Below, piece after piece: positions 9,284 through 18,576 of a stretch of DNA of 51,779 bases. The notes beneath the pieces were generated by a model. That model had not been told where the DNA came from. It did no database searches and saw only the letters and a program-made list of their open reading frames with translations. The position numbers were made by a program, and so were the translations under genes. Each line of letters opens with the position of its first letter. The stretch's first letter is position 1. The stretch spans positions 1 to 51,779 of the forward strand of contig JBHLPF010000027.1 of NCBI GenBank assembly GCA_048939765.1. Reading direction: 5' to 3'. This stretch comes from Promethearchaeota archaeon. Lineage in GTDB: Archaea > Asgardarchaeota > Thorarchaeia > Thorarchaeales > Thorarchaeaceae.

Positions 9284-10635
9284 ATTCTTGGCATCTGTTT
9301 CTGCTCATGATTCATTGCAGCACCGAAAGCTTCCGATACGCTTGATCCCTTTGCCAACGATTGTAGGAATTTCGCCATGAACCATTGGGTGATATCCTCA
9401 GTCGAGTACTCGCGAACGTGCCAGATGGGCTTAGAAGTCTTATCAGTAAAGACCTTGAAGGCATCCTTGTCTTGCATCACAATCAGAGCTGCATCCGTCA
9501 CACTTTGCAGTATAGGAATGGGATTCGACCCTAGTTGATTTCTAATCTCATCCCATTCGCGCTTCGAAACCACCAATACATCAATCTGACTTAGAACGGG
9601 CTCAATCTCATGAATACCTCGCTTCCAGAAATGCGGCGAACATCTATATACTACGGGCACTCCATTTGCTGAGGCATAGGCAGCAATTGAAACTGCAACC
9701 TCGAGGAATACCTCGCCTAGATAGACCACCTTGGCACTGCCAATGACATCCCAAGGAACTTGAGATGGAGAAGTTATTGAGAGAGCTGACGTTTCTCCAA
9801 TACCAACTAGAGTTCGAACGCCATCTTCTTCCTCAACAATGATAGTTTCGTTTGTGTGCTTTTCATCCTCGACCACAAAGTGAGATACATCCACGCTGCG
9901 GTTTACAAGATTTGATATCACAGACCACCCATGTTGATCGTTCCCTACAGAAGAAACCAAAGTGACCGGTAAGCCCATATCTGCAAGGGTGAGAGAAAGC
10001 TCTATGGTCGAGCCGCCAGGTTCTCGATGAGGAACGGTACAACCCATCTCACCTCCAATTGCAGGCATCTCCGGACAGCCAATCTTCGTGAAGTACGCAG
10101 AGGCGCCAAACAACACGTAGTCTGGCTGCTCATAAGCTTGTGACCCTTGAAGGATTACCCTGGCCCGTGTTCTTGCAAACACCTCAAAAATCGCAGACGA
10201 ATCGAGTCCGCGTTGGCGATACAGAGAAACAAGACTAGAAAGATAGTCCTCAAGTAGTGACGCAGTCAGCTCACCGAGGTCTGAGGGCAGACTAGCAGAG
10301 AACAAACGGGCAACACCCCATCCAATCTTTGTCAAAGTGTGAAAGACAACACGCTTTCCCCCTTCGACAGAAGAGGCTGTAGTAATGAGGCCGAACTCCT
10401 TGAGCGCATTCAGATAGGAAAGTATGCTTTTGTTAGAATAAGGGAGAGCCTGTACAAGATCGCGTTGCAAAGCTATGCCATTATCGTCGAAAGATGCAAG
10501 AACTCCAGAGGCAACCTTTGAAGCAAGTACTTTCTTGATGAACAACTGCTTGCGATCCAACTCCTCCGGTAAGAACATAACATAGGGCCAGAGATTCTCC
10601 TGAGATGCCATTTTACTTGTCTCCAACATGTTCAT
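9280..10635 (-). CDS. Winged-HTH + degenerate PfkB/ribokinase-fold protein (probable transcriptional regulator)
   Basis: N-terminal wHTH (QRDLVQALPYSNKSILSYLNALKEFGLI...LTKIG). PfkB features GGS...VSSVGNDQHG and VLVVSKREW are present, but the GAGD motif is absent. Real start may be 10611. Confidence 0.75.
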   Translation of the reverse strand: MNMLETSKMASQENLWPYVMFLPEELDRKQLFIKKVLASKVASGVLASFDDNGIALQRDLVQALPYSNKSILSYLNALKEFGLITTASSVEGGKRVVFHTLTKIGWGVARLFSASLPSDLGELTASLLEDYLSSLVSLYRQRGLDSSAIFEVFARTRARVILQGSQAYEQPDYVLFGASAYFTKIGCPEMPAIGGEMGCTVPHREPGGSTIELSLTLADMGLPVTLVSSVGNDQHGWSVISNLVNRSVDVSHFVVEDEKHTNETIIVEEEDGVRTLVGIGETSALSITSPSQVPWDVIGSAKVVYLGEVFLEVAVSIAAYASANGVPVVYRCSPHFWKRGIHEIEPVLSQIDVLVVSKREWDEIRNQLGSNPIPILQSVTDAALIVMQDKDAFKVFTDKTSKPIWHVREYSTEDITQWFMAKFLQSLAKGSSVSEAFGAAMNHEQKQMPRI

Positions 10636-10676
10636 ATACTCGTTTAGGGCAGTGATTTAGTGTACAAAACTGCCTA

Positions 10677-10695
10677 TGTAGTTTACTAAATTACA
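10677..10695. promoter_or_regulatory. 19-bp near-perfect palindrome TGTAGTTTACTAAATTACA, candidate operator (degenerate second copy at 10651-10669)
   Basis: 8 of 9 pairs are complementary; it lies in the short divergent intergenic region between the regulator and the ECF S-component. Confidence 0.55.
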
Positions 10696-10718
10696 CAGAA
10701 TGAGGGAGACGCGTTAGC

Positions 10719-11507
10719 ATGTCAAACTTCACACGATCAGGTGCTTATCCATGGGCTCTTGTTGGCATCTTTGCCGCGGTGCAACTTGTGATGACTTACT
10801 TTCCATTCACCTTTGCTATTGGAGCCGCAGGAATATTATCAGTAGGATTGGTATCTGCACCCATCATTGGTTATCTTTTAGGACCATTCTTTGGAACGAT
10901 ATCTGTCCTTATTGGATCCTTCTTAGGAGTTTCACTCAATGTGGCAGCACATCCACTAGCAATGTTCACACCAATAGCGCCTGCAGCCAGCGCATTGGTA
11001 GCAGGGTCGCTGAGAGTGAGGAAGCCAGTTGTTGTTCCGCTCATCTATATCGCAGCAATGGCGATATTCTTATTGAGCCCGATTGCAGGACTCTCGTGGA
11101 CCTTCCTATGGTTCCACGTCATCGCACTGATTCTGTCATTCCTCTTCCTGATGCCTCTCTTTAAGGATAGGCTGGCGGGAGGTCTGGAACTAGATGAAAA
11201 TGTAGGATATGGGATCGGTGTTGTGTCGATATGGCTACTGAGCTTAATCGCAGTGCTGGCAGACCAACTCGTCGGTTCAACAATAGCAGCTTTCTATTTT
11301 CTCACCTTAGGAATGGATGTCCCTACACTTGCAGGAATTTTCACCGGTGTAGTATTCATCTATCCCATCGAAAGGACTTTGGCTTCGATAATCGCCGCTG
11401 TAGTAATCGTGGCTCTTGCCAAGTTCCTTGCTAAGACATATTTCGATCTTCCCACCACACCATTACAACCTGGAATTCAGGAACTCCCAGAGGAAGAGAT
11501 ACAATAG
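10719..11507 (+). CDS. ECF transporter S-component-like membrane protein
   Basis: Multi-TM protein; IGYLLGPFFGTISVLIGS and YPIERTLASII are typical of archaeal S-components. Confidence 0.7.
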   Translation: MSNFTRSGAYPWALVGIFAAVQLVMTYFPFTFAIGAAGILSVGLVSAPIIGYLLGPFFGTISVLIGSFLGVSLNVAAHPLAMFTPIAPAASALVAGSLRVRKPVVVPLIYIAAMAIFLLSPIAGLSWTFLWFHVIALILSFLFLMPLFKDRLAGGLELDENVGYGIGVVSIWLLSLIAVLADQLVGSTIAAFYFLTLGMDVPTLAGIFTGVVFIYPIERTLASIIAAVVIVALAKFLAKTYFDLPTTPLQPGIQELPEEEIQ

Positions 11508-11651
11508 ACCTTTCGCCTGAAAGGAACTGGTAATGTGGCGGCACCGAGACGAAGCTTCATATGCGTTCCCGTGAATTGACACACAGAACGGGGATTTCAC
11601 ATCCGTTTCGTCCAAGCTATATGCTTGGAGAAGGACAGGAGAAAATAGAGA

Positions 11652-12491
11652 TTGCAGTTTATTGATCCATATTGGGGAACGGTCCTCATCATCGGATTTG
11701 TGTTCCTCTTCATCTTGATGTTTATCGCTAGTGGAATCAAGGTCCTCAGAGAATGGGAACGCATTGCGATTCTTCGACTCGGAAAATTCCAGGGCGTCAA
11801 GGGCCCCGGTATAACATGGGTCACACCAATCCTTGACAAGATTGCAATGAAGGTTTCGCTCAGACTATTGACCTATGCTTTCAAGACTGAGAGGTCTCTG
11901 ACGAAAGACAACGTGCCAGTTGTTGTAGACGCTGTCATGTACTTTCGCGTGATTGATCCAGAAAAGGCCATTCTGAGCGTTGAAAGATACACGGTTGCAG
12001 TAGAACTTGCCGCTCAGACTACGTTGCGTGAAACTACTGGTAAAGTCACCCTTGATGAGCTTCTCGCGGAAAGAGACAAAATAGCAGAACATCTACAGGA
12101 GCTCATTGATGAGAAAACTGAGCATTGGGGCGTTAAGGTCACATCTGTTGAGATCCGCGACGTTGTAATCCCAGCAGCTCTTCAGGACGCCATGAGCAGA
12201 GAGGCTCAAGCTGAGAGAGAACGGCGTGCGAGAATCACATTAGCAACTGCTGAGCTGGAAGCTGCAGAGAATATGATGAAAGCTGCTAAGAAGTACGAGG
12301 AATCCAATGTAGGCTTTGTTCTAAGAACTTGGAACATCATGCAAGAGATATCCAAGAATGCGAACTTGATAATCATGGTGCCTACAAACATACCTGAAGT
12401 GGGTGTAACCTCGGCTACAGCAGCTGCAATTTCTGCAGGTACTGGTGGGCTAAAAGTGCCCAAGAACAAGGGAATGGCAGATGAAGATTAG
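11652..12491 (+). CDS. SPFH/band 7 (stomatin-like) protein
   Basis: N-terminal TM; EWERIAILRLGK, TKDNVPVVVDAV, AQTTLR, WGVKVTSVEIRDV, EAQAERERRA. Confidence 0.95.
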   Translation: MQFIDPYWGTVLIIGFVFLFILMFIASGIKVLREWERIAILRLGKFQGVKGPGITWVTPILDKIAMKVSLRLLTYAFKTERSLTKDNVPVVVDAVMYFRVIDPEKAILSVERYTVAVELAAQTTLRETTGKVTLDELLAERDKIAEHLQELIDEKTEHWGVKVTSVEIRDVVIPAALQDAMSREAQAERERRARITLATAELEAAENMMKAAKKYEESNVGFVLRTWNIMQEISKNANLIIMVPTNIPEVGVTSATAAAISAGTGGLKVPKNKGMADED

Positions 12492-12511
12492 AATAACGCT
12501 GAGAGGTTGAC

Positions 12512-13213
12512 ATGATGGATGCATGGATTAAGATCTTCGTCGTGTTATTGCTGATGTCACTACTCAGTGTCCTCATAGGTTATGTCTTGTTTAATCCATT
12601 TGTCGGGTTGATTCTTGTTTCGATTGTGCTGACCCTGATGGTGGTTGCTGTTGAACCAGCAAGCGGAAAAGCCATGGCGCAGGTCGTTGTTCCCATCGTA
12701 CTCATCCTCTTCGCAATGCAGGTGTTCTTCACGCCCGGTTTCACCGTTGATATAGTCGAGCTTGTCGTCATTGCTGGAATGCTCTTCTTGATGCTTGCCA
12801 TATTCACTGGTGGCGGAGGATTCGTGGATGGCGGGTTCATAGATGCCAAAGTGACATGTAAGCTCTTTCCGTTCTACGGGGTAGCAATACTTCTCTCTGT
12901 GCTTGTAGATCCTACAAGGACAATTACTGTCTATCTCATGGTAGGAACTGTCATGGGATTAATGGTGCTCTATGGCATATTCCTTAGAGGCTATGATAAG
13001 TGGCCTGAGTTCTCAGAGTACGACAAGATGCACGATGTCATTGCCATTTCAGACATCAATCCGATTGGCAAGGTGAAAGCAGGTGCAGCCATTTGGAGAG
13101 CCAGAACAGATGGGCCGCCCATCAGCAAGGGAGAGAGTGTATCTGTTCGCGGGATAACTGGCTTGACAATGATTGTGGGCCACGAGGTCCCTGGGGAGTT
13201 CAATCAGCGCTAG
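12512..13213 (+). CDS. NfeD-like membrane protein (C-terminal OB fold), SPFH partner
   Basis: Several TM helices then GKVKAGAAIWRA...ISKGESVSVRGITGLTMIV; directly downstream of the SPFH gene. Confidence 0.8.
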   Translation: MMDAWIKIFVVLLLMSLLSVLIGYVLFNPFVGLILVSIVLTLMVVAVEPASGKAMAQVVVPIVLILFAMQVFFTPGFTVDIVELVVIAGMLFLMLAIFTGGGGFVDGGFIDAKVTCKLFPFYGVAILLSVLVDPTRTITVYLMVGTVMGLMVLYGIFLRGYDKWPEFSEYDKMHDVIAISDINPIGKVKAGAAIWRARTDGPPISKGESVSVRGITGLTMIVGHEVPGEFNQR

Positions 13214-13225
13214 TCTATTGTAGTC

Positions 13226-13247
13226 AGGGTCGGGCTTCCCCGACCCT
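13226..13247. terminator. GC-rich 9-bp hairpin between convergent genes (AGGGTCGGG-CTTC-CCCGACCCT)
   Basis: Perfect stem between the stop codons at 13213 and 13247. Confidence 0.5.
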
Positions 13248-14098
13248 CACTTATTCTTCAAGAATTCTTTTAGGAGCACCCAGATAAGGGACAGGCCAAA
13301 TAGGAATCCAAAGACTGTCGTTATACCCCATTCAATCTGAAATATCTCAACCATGTTCACAGGTTCAAGAGGGTACACTGGAAACATTACGAATGCTACA
13401 ATATTCCAAGCATAATGAAAGGCGATTGGAACCCAGAGCCGATTGCCAGACCAGTAATAGCTGTAGCCGAGTACCACTCCACCCAGAAATAGGTTGAATG
13501 TGAATATCAGAATAAGATGCAGTGGGATAGAACCCAAGGGAATCCACCAGCCGAAGTGGAGCAGTGCAAACAGAAGCGAACTGCCTAGAATGGCAGCTGA
13601 ACGTCCGACAACTACCTCCATCCTGGTCAATAGATAGCCGCGATAGACTATCTCCTCGAAGAGAGCCACGGGGATAGTGAATACTGCCTCGTTCGCTATA
13701 AGATCCCCAGTTATTTCAATCGCAGGTCGAAGGTCGCCTCCGAAGAACAATGCAATGAAGTATACCAGCCCTGCTGCTATCGTTCCAGCTACCAAGCCTA
13801 CAACGAGATGATGCAACGTCTTGCTGTCAGTCTGCAGGCCTAGACTAGTTATGTCACCACCGCGCTCCCAACGCAGAAACAGTATCACTGCAAAGTACAT
13901 CAGAAGATATAGACCGAAAAATTGGACGGTGCTGATGAGACCCCTTGTTGCCTCATCCATTGATGCTGTTACAATCGCAATGGATTCGGATAGAAGATGA
14001 ATCAGCAATAGTGTAAGGGAGAATAACAATACTCGATATGGTCCTAGTTCGTCTGACTGTGATTTGTTGGCTCCCATATGTGGTTGGAGGCAATTCAC
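13247..14098 (-). CDS. CPBP (Abi/CAAX) family intramembrane metalloprotease
   Basis: EEIVYRG, SSLLFALLH, LWVPIAFHYAWN. Start is uncertain. Confidence 0.9.
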   Translation of the reverse strand: MNCLQPHMGANKSQSDELGPYRVLLFSLTLLLIHLLSESIAIVTASMDEATRGLISTVQFFGLYLLMYFAVILFLRWERGGDITSLGLQTDSKTLHHLVVGLVAGTIAAGLVYFIALFFGGDLRPAIEITGDLIANEAVFTIPVALFEEIVYRGYLLTRMEVVVGRSAAILGSSLLFALLHFGWWIPLGSIPLHLILIFTFNLFLGGVVLGYSYYWSGNRLWVPIAFHYAWNIVAFVMFPVYPLEPVNMVEIFQIEWGITTVFGFLFGLSLIWVLLKEFLKNK

Positions 14099-14254
14099 AC
14101 CTAAATCTCATCCGGTAAGGCGCGATAGGACACACAAGAAGGGTATACATATTGCCAAATTTAATAACTGGGCGTGGCTCTTCGAACTTAATGGGTGGAT
14201 ACTAGGTATACAAATAACTAGTTCATTCCATAGATTCAATCGCGCCACGGAGGA

Positions 14255-15550
14255 TTGCTCTTGTCTGAAACAAGACGTCTGCTACTGGAGTTCGAAACGG
14301 AAGAAGTCGGAATCCGCGCTTCAAAGGATAAGAGGGTAAAAAAGGCACTGGTTAGTGCGTTTTCCGATGCATCCGATGTTGTGAGGGAGCGGGCTCTTCT
14401 AGCAGCAATTGATGTTGGCGATCCGACTATTGTGACTGACATAATCAAGGCAATGACGGATGAAGAAGACAGCGTTAGAGTTGCAGCCGCGCAGGCTCTG
14501 GCATTCTATCACCAGCCAAGGACAATCCCTAATCTATTGAAAGGACTTCAAGACATCAATACATGGGTCAGGTCGCATTGTGCTGTAGGACTCTCAAAGC
14601 TGCTAAATGGCCCAATTTGGGCAAGACTTGAGTCAAGTGACGTTGAAGACCTTATTGCTGGCTTTCCTGAAATGCAGGATTCAGCTATTCGTTCAAGACT
14701 AAACAAGATGAATCTGGACTCAGATGCCATTAATAGATACTTGACCTGGCGAGCAAAGGACTTTGACATTGAAGTCGATGTTACAGACTTTGTCAGGGGA
14801 TTGGAAGAAACGCCGATAGTATTGCCAGGTGTGGCCGAAGCCGCTGCAGCGGCTCCATCCGATGAGGCCCCGAGGAGAACTGCAGGCGTTTCTCCGGAGG
14901 TTGAGGAGATTCTTGGTGAATTGCCAGATGATCTTCGTGAAACTCTGCCGGAGGAGGACCTCAGAAGACTCACTCCTGATACAGCAAGGGAATTGGTCAC
15001 CTCCTTGACTACAGCGATGCCCACTGCGAAGCCCAAAGAGAAGGAGAAGAAGAAAGCAGTCAGGGTCAGGAAAGTCAAAAAGGTTCGCAGAAAGAAGAAG
15101 GGACCAAGCAGACAGGAACTCATGGAGATGATTCCAGAAGAAGTGAGGGAATCAGTTTCGGATGATGTTCTCAAGACATTGACATATGAGGAGCTTGAGG
15201 CGCTAATCGCATCAACAACTGAAACCGCAGCTCCCGAAGCAGACGCTTCCAAAAAGCTATCTACGAAGGAGGCAATAATTGAAACGCTTCCTGCGGAAGT
15301 AGTTGAGTCAGTCGGCGATGGTAAACTACAGAGGATGACTGTGACGGAGCTAGAGGAGCTTGCTGCTACCGCGAGTATGAGTGATGATGAACGTCGACTT
15401 CAGGATTTCACGGAGAAATTTGGTGAAGAGAAAGCGAAAGTTCTCGTAGGAGTGTCTGAGGAAATGCTTGCTGGTATCCCGGAGGAACAAATCCATGAGA
15501 TGGACTTGGACACTTTGAAGGCACTTGTTCAGGCTCTGGAACACACCTAG
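14255..15550 (+). CDS. HEAT-repeat protein with four C-terminal ~30-aa helical repeats
   Basis: PBS-lyase-type HEAT motifs (DASDVVRERA, DEEDSVRVAAAQAL, DINTWVRSHCAVGL) followed by repeated LPxxxxExxxxxxLxxxTxxxxxxL units. Confidence 0.8.
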   Translation: MLLSETRRLLLEFETEEVGIRASKDKRVKKALVSAFSDASDVVRERALLAAIDVGDPTIVTDIIKAMTDEEDSVRVAAAQALAFYHQPRTIPNLLKGLQDINTWVRSHCAVGLSKLLNGPIWARLESSDVEDLIAGFPEMQDSAIRSRLNKMNLDSDAINRYLTWRAKDFDIEVDVTDFVRGLEETPIVLPGVAEAAAAAPSDEAPRRTAGVSPEVEEILGELPDDLRETLPEEDLRRLTPDTARELVTSLTTAMPTAKPKEKEKKKAVRVRKVKKVRRKKKGPSRQELMEMIPEEVRESVSDDVLKTLTYEELEALIASTTETAAPEADASKKLSTKEAIIETLPAEVVESVGDGKLQRMTVTELEELAATASMSDDERRLQDFTEKFGEEKAKVLVGVSEEMLAGIPEEQIHEMDLDTLKALVQALEHT

Positions 15551-15557
15551 CTCATAC

Positions 15558-16838
15558 CTACTCCGATCCGCGTATGACAATTGCGAATTCACTTGCCAGC
15601 TTTCCATACCACTCTAAAAGATCTCTCATGTTGTCAACATGCCGATATGTTCCATTGCCGTACTGTGCCATTGCGAGCATCAATTCCTCATCAATCTCAC
15701 TTCGTTCGCCAAGTCCGATGGTGTAAATCACAAGGCTGGCCGTATCTGCAAATCGATCCTTGAGAACCTTAAGTGGAGCGGGGCCAGATGTCGTCATTCC
15801 ATCTGTCATCATGATGAGCATTGTCGGCTTTGTCGGGTCCCCAAATGCTTTGATGATGTCGGCAGCCCGCACGAGAGCAGTCCCCATATCTGTTAGAGTG
15901 CCTCCCTCCTCAATTTTATCCACCACGTGAGTGCTTATGATTTGAAGACCAAGAGCCTTCTCTCTTCCTGTACACTCAACATAAGGTTGGACCTCCCCGG
16001 TTTCTGAACTCAAAAAGGTCATCTCAGTAACCTCTTTCTCGAAAGTCACAACTCCAACTTTCTCGCCATAGCCTCTCCCAACCTTTTCTGCAAGGTACAG
16101 CAGGACGGCCATTGCCGCAGCCTCACCTCTGCTTACATTTGTTCCTTCCTTGAAACGATCGAGAAATGCTTGGACCTCTGGATTGTCCCCGGCGAGATCT
16201 TTGAGGCCTTCACGCGCATGAGCTATGTCCTGAACAGGGACATCGGTCGTTTTCATCGAACCGCTTGTATCAATACAAAGCACTGCATTGAAAGGAGTAG
16301 CAATTCCTATAGTCTTGAATTGATATCCGGTTCGTTCTTTAAGAGCTTCAAAGGCGAGTTTGGCGAATCTCTTGCCTGAGAGAGCTGGACGAGTTGTCAT
16401 TATCTCGACTTTCACGTTCAGCTCTGGCCAAATGAATGACATTCCTGGGTATACTAGACGTCCACCTATGAGCTTCTCTAAAGATGCGACTTGTTCAGCA
16501 GCTCGCGTCACAAGGTCTTCAGTACTTGCATCCTCAGTTAGGGGCTTGAGTCCGAATTCCACATACTCCAGTGCAATCATGTCCTCATCATACAGAGTCA
16601 CTTCTATGCCAGAGTCGCCTTCCATTAAGAGCGAGGCCTCAAGAACCAAGGTATCAATTCTGATTCTGTCAGGCGGAACTCCATCATTGATTCTTATTTG
16701 AGCAGCTCCCCAGAAAGATGATGCAGGATCCTCAAACACAACGATGGAACCCAGCTCAGCATTGAGCTTCTTAGCAGTCTTTGGGTTGAGAACGGCGTAT
16801 CCTCGCAGATCTCCGCCATCATCAATCTCCAGTTTCAC
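15558..16838 (-). CDS. Cdc48/NSF N-domain-like + von Willebrand A (intact MIDAS) protein
   Basis: N-terminus RGYAVLNPKTAKKL...G.IV...DRIRID...GRLVYPG resembles VAT-N/Cdc48-N. VWA motifs DTSGSM, TDMGTAL, MTDG, IYTIGLG. Confidence 0.8.
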   Translation of the reverse strand: MKLEIDDGGDLRGYAVLNPKTAKKLNAELGSIVVFEDPASSFWGAAQIRINDGVPPDRIRIDTLVLEASLLMEGDSGIEVTLYDEDMIALEYVEFGLKPLTEDASTEDLVTRAAEQVASLEKLIGGRLVYPGMSFIWPELNVKVEIMTTRPALSGKRFAKLAFEALKERTGYQFKTIGIATPFNAVLCIDTSGSMKTTDVPVQDIAHAREGLKDLAGDNPEVQAFLDRFKEGTNVSRGEAAAMAVLLYLAEKVGRGYGEKVGVVTFEKEVTEMTFLSSETGEVQPYVECTGREKALGLQIISTHVVDKIEEGGTLTDMGTALVRAADIIKAFGDPTKPTMLIMMTDGMTTSGPAPLKVLKDRFADTASLVIYTIGLGERSEIDEELMLAMAQYGNGTYRHVDNMRDLLEWYGKLASEFAIVIRGSE

Positions 16839-16923
16839 CGACTTGGTGATGTCATTCTCCTCCTATTGTAAGTTGTTTAACTCTTCTTCAGATTCATTAT
16901 AAACAATTGTGCCAGCCTGTTCG

Positions 16924-18432
16924 TCACACTAGTAACTTCAAAACCTCTCTAGTAAGGTCTACTGCCGTCCTGCTCTTGATGGGATTTGTATTAATCGCTT
17001 TGGTGAATGTGGCGTTAATTCTCTGAGTTCCGAACTCAAGACTATCGAGGGAATCTTCACCTTTTGTTCCAAGAACAGTGCAGCTTGTTATAGTTCCAGG
17101 CCCCCTTTTTACCCAAAGGTGCAATTCTGTTATACCGTCACGAACACCCAGAGAAATAACATACGAGTCAAAGTAAATGCCATTATGACCACCTGAACCG
17201 ATGGATTCCATCTTTGGCCATGTGTGCTTTGGAGGTATCATGTAGTCTACGGAAGTGATATCCCAACCCTCACCAGCAATCAGCTTCATCAGGGTATCTT
17301 CCAAGGTGACTATTGCGTCGCTTTCGCAACCAATACAGACAACTGTTTGAGGAGGGCGCTCTGTAGCTCTCTGTGTCCCAAATGGACGATTAACCAAGGA
17401 TAGTGCATTTCCGCCAAGAATTCTCTGAGCGTCCTCTAATCCACCTGGAAAGTCGCGTGATAAAAGGTGAAGTATGACTTCAGCAGCTTGTACTGAGAGA
17501 AAGGTATAGTCAGTCCCAAAGAGCAGATTATCCGACCAGCTCCCCATGGGCATCTCTAGTCGATCATTCGACATTCTGAAGAGGACAGGAACGTCCTTGT
17601 CATGGAGGGTAGAGGTTTCTCCGTAGATAGCAGGATCTCGCAGGATTTCATAAAGCTTGGTGCTTCCTGGACTCATAGCACAATGCGCGAGGATCACACT
17701 CAATCCCCGCATAGCATTTGCGTATTTATTATCCTCTCTCATTGACACAACGAGGTTTCTTATTCTCTCAGCTGTCCGGATGTTCCTAGTGTCCAGGATC
17801 ACAGGGACATGTAGCTCTCCTGCCCTGGCAACAACGGCCTTCACATAATCGGACTCGATGTCTTCCAAGAAGAGCTGAGCAAGAGGATGAAGCTTCAAGC
17901 CCCTGAGACCAAGCTGTCCGATAGCTCTGTCAAGCTCTCGAATTGGCAAATCAGGTTTTCCACTCAGGGCGTCCTTTGGATCTACCCTCGCAAAGCCAAT
18001 AAGTCTGGATGAATGAGGAGCATGTGATGTCCAGGCCGCAATCCTGTCGTTCGAAACGTAAAACGATGGCTCATCAGGTGACCGACTCTTGCAGTAATCA
18101 TCCGTGTAGGGGAATACAATTGTACGGTCGACTAACCAGCCATGATTCATCCGTGCCCACTTCTCTTTGGCTGTGAAGATTCTCTCAGGCAATTCGGGCG
18201 ACTCAATCCTAACAGGGTCATAGAGCAAGCTGTCATCATTCCTCATTTTCTCAGCCATTCGCTGCATCTCAATCCATAATAGCGCGTAGAACTCATATGC
18301 CCCGCTAGGAGTGTTCCGATGGCTCTTCTCTTTGCCCATATGTTGATGAGCATCCACAATGTATAGCTTGAACTCATCTCCCTTCTTGATCCTTCTCTCT
18401 GGAATGTCCTGAACTGCACGAACAACCAACAT
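16924..18432 (-). CDS. Amidohydrolase family (COG2159-like TIM barrel) with extra C-terminal domain
   Basis: VDAHQH, IGFARVDP, GLKLHP, ILAHC, LLFGTDY, ILGGNA. Confidence 0.85.
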   Translation of the reverse strand: MLVVRAVQDIPERRIKKGDEFKLYIVDAHQHMGKEKSHRNTPSGAYEFYALLWIEMQRMAEKMRNDDSLLYDPVRIESPELPERIFTAKEKWARMNHGWLVDRTIVFPYTDDYCKSRSPDEPSFYVSNDRIAAWTSHAPHSSRLIGFARVDPKDALSGKPDLPIRELDRAIGQLGLRGLKLHPLAQLFLEDIESDYVKAVVARAGELHVPVILDTRNIRTAERIRNLVVSMREDNKYANAMRGLSVILAHCAMSPGSTKLYEILRDPAIYGETSTLHDKDVPVLFRMSNDRLEMPMGSWSDNLLFGTDYTFLSVQAAEVILHLLSRDFPGGLEDAQRILGGNALSLVNRPFGTQRATERPPQTVVCIGCESDAIVTLEDTLMKLIAGEGWDITSVDYMIPPKHTWPKMESIGSGGHNGIYFDSYVISLGVRDGITELHLWVKRGPGTITSCTVLGTKGEDSLDSLEFGTQRINATFTKAINTNPIKSRTAVDLTREVLKLLV

Positions 18433-18576
18433 CTAAATGCGGCCTCGGTTAGTGGAGGCTACTGACTTGTGAGAGATAAAGTATTCCTTCATGGACAGAA
18501 GCACGAAGTCCGTCTGCGTCAGGCATATATCCGAACATGTGAAAATGGAGAACAGAGTCCCTGGGAGCATATATTG

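Noticed and set aside
14548-15252. 234-aa antisense ORF (and similar shadow ORFs such as 6795..7379, 36525..37022, 49856..50344)
   Set aside because: Ser-rich antisense shadows of well-supported genes.
16860-16925. Possible TAG (pyrrolysine) read-through extending the Cdc48N-VWA gene upstream
   Set aside because: There is no start codon in that frame before a second TAG, and the segment contains a TATA-like TTTATAAT consistent with an intergenic promoter.
18469-18576. 36-aa N-terminal extension of the fusion protein in the ORF track
   Set aside because: Similarity to the paralogue starts at MLVV (18577), and the extension would leave almost no room for the divergent promoters.
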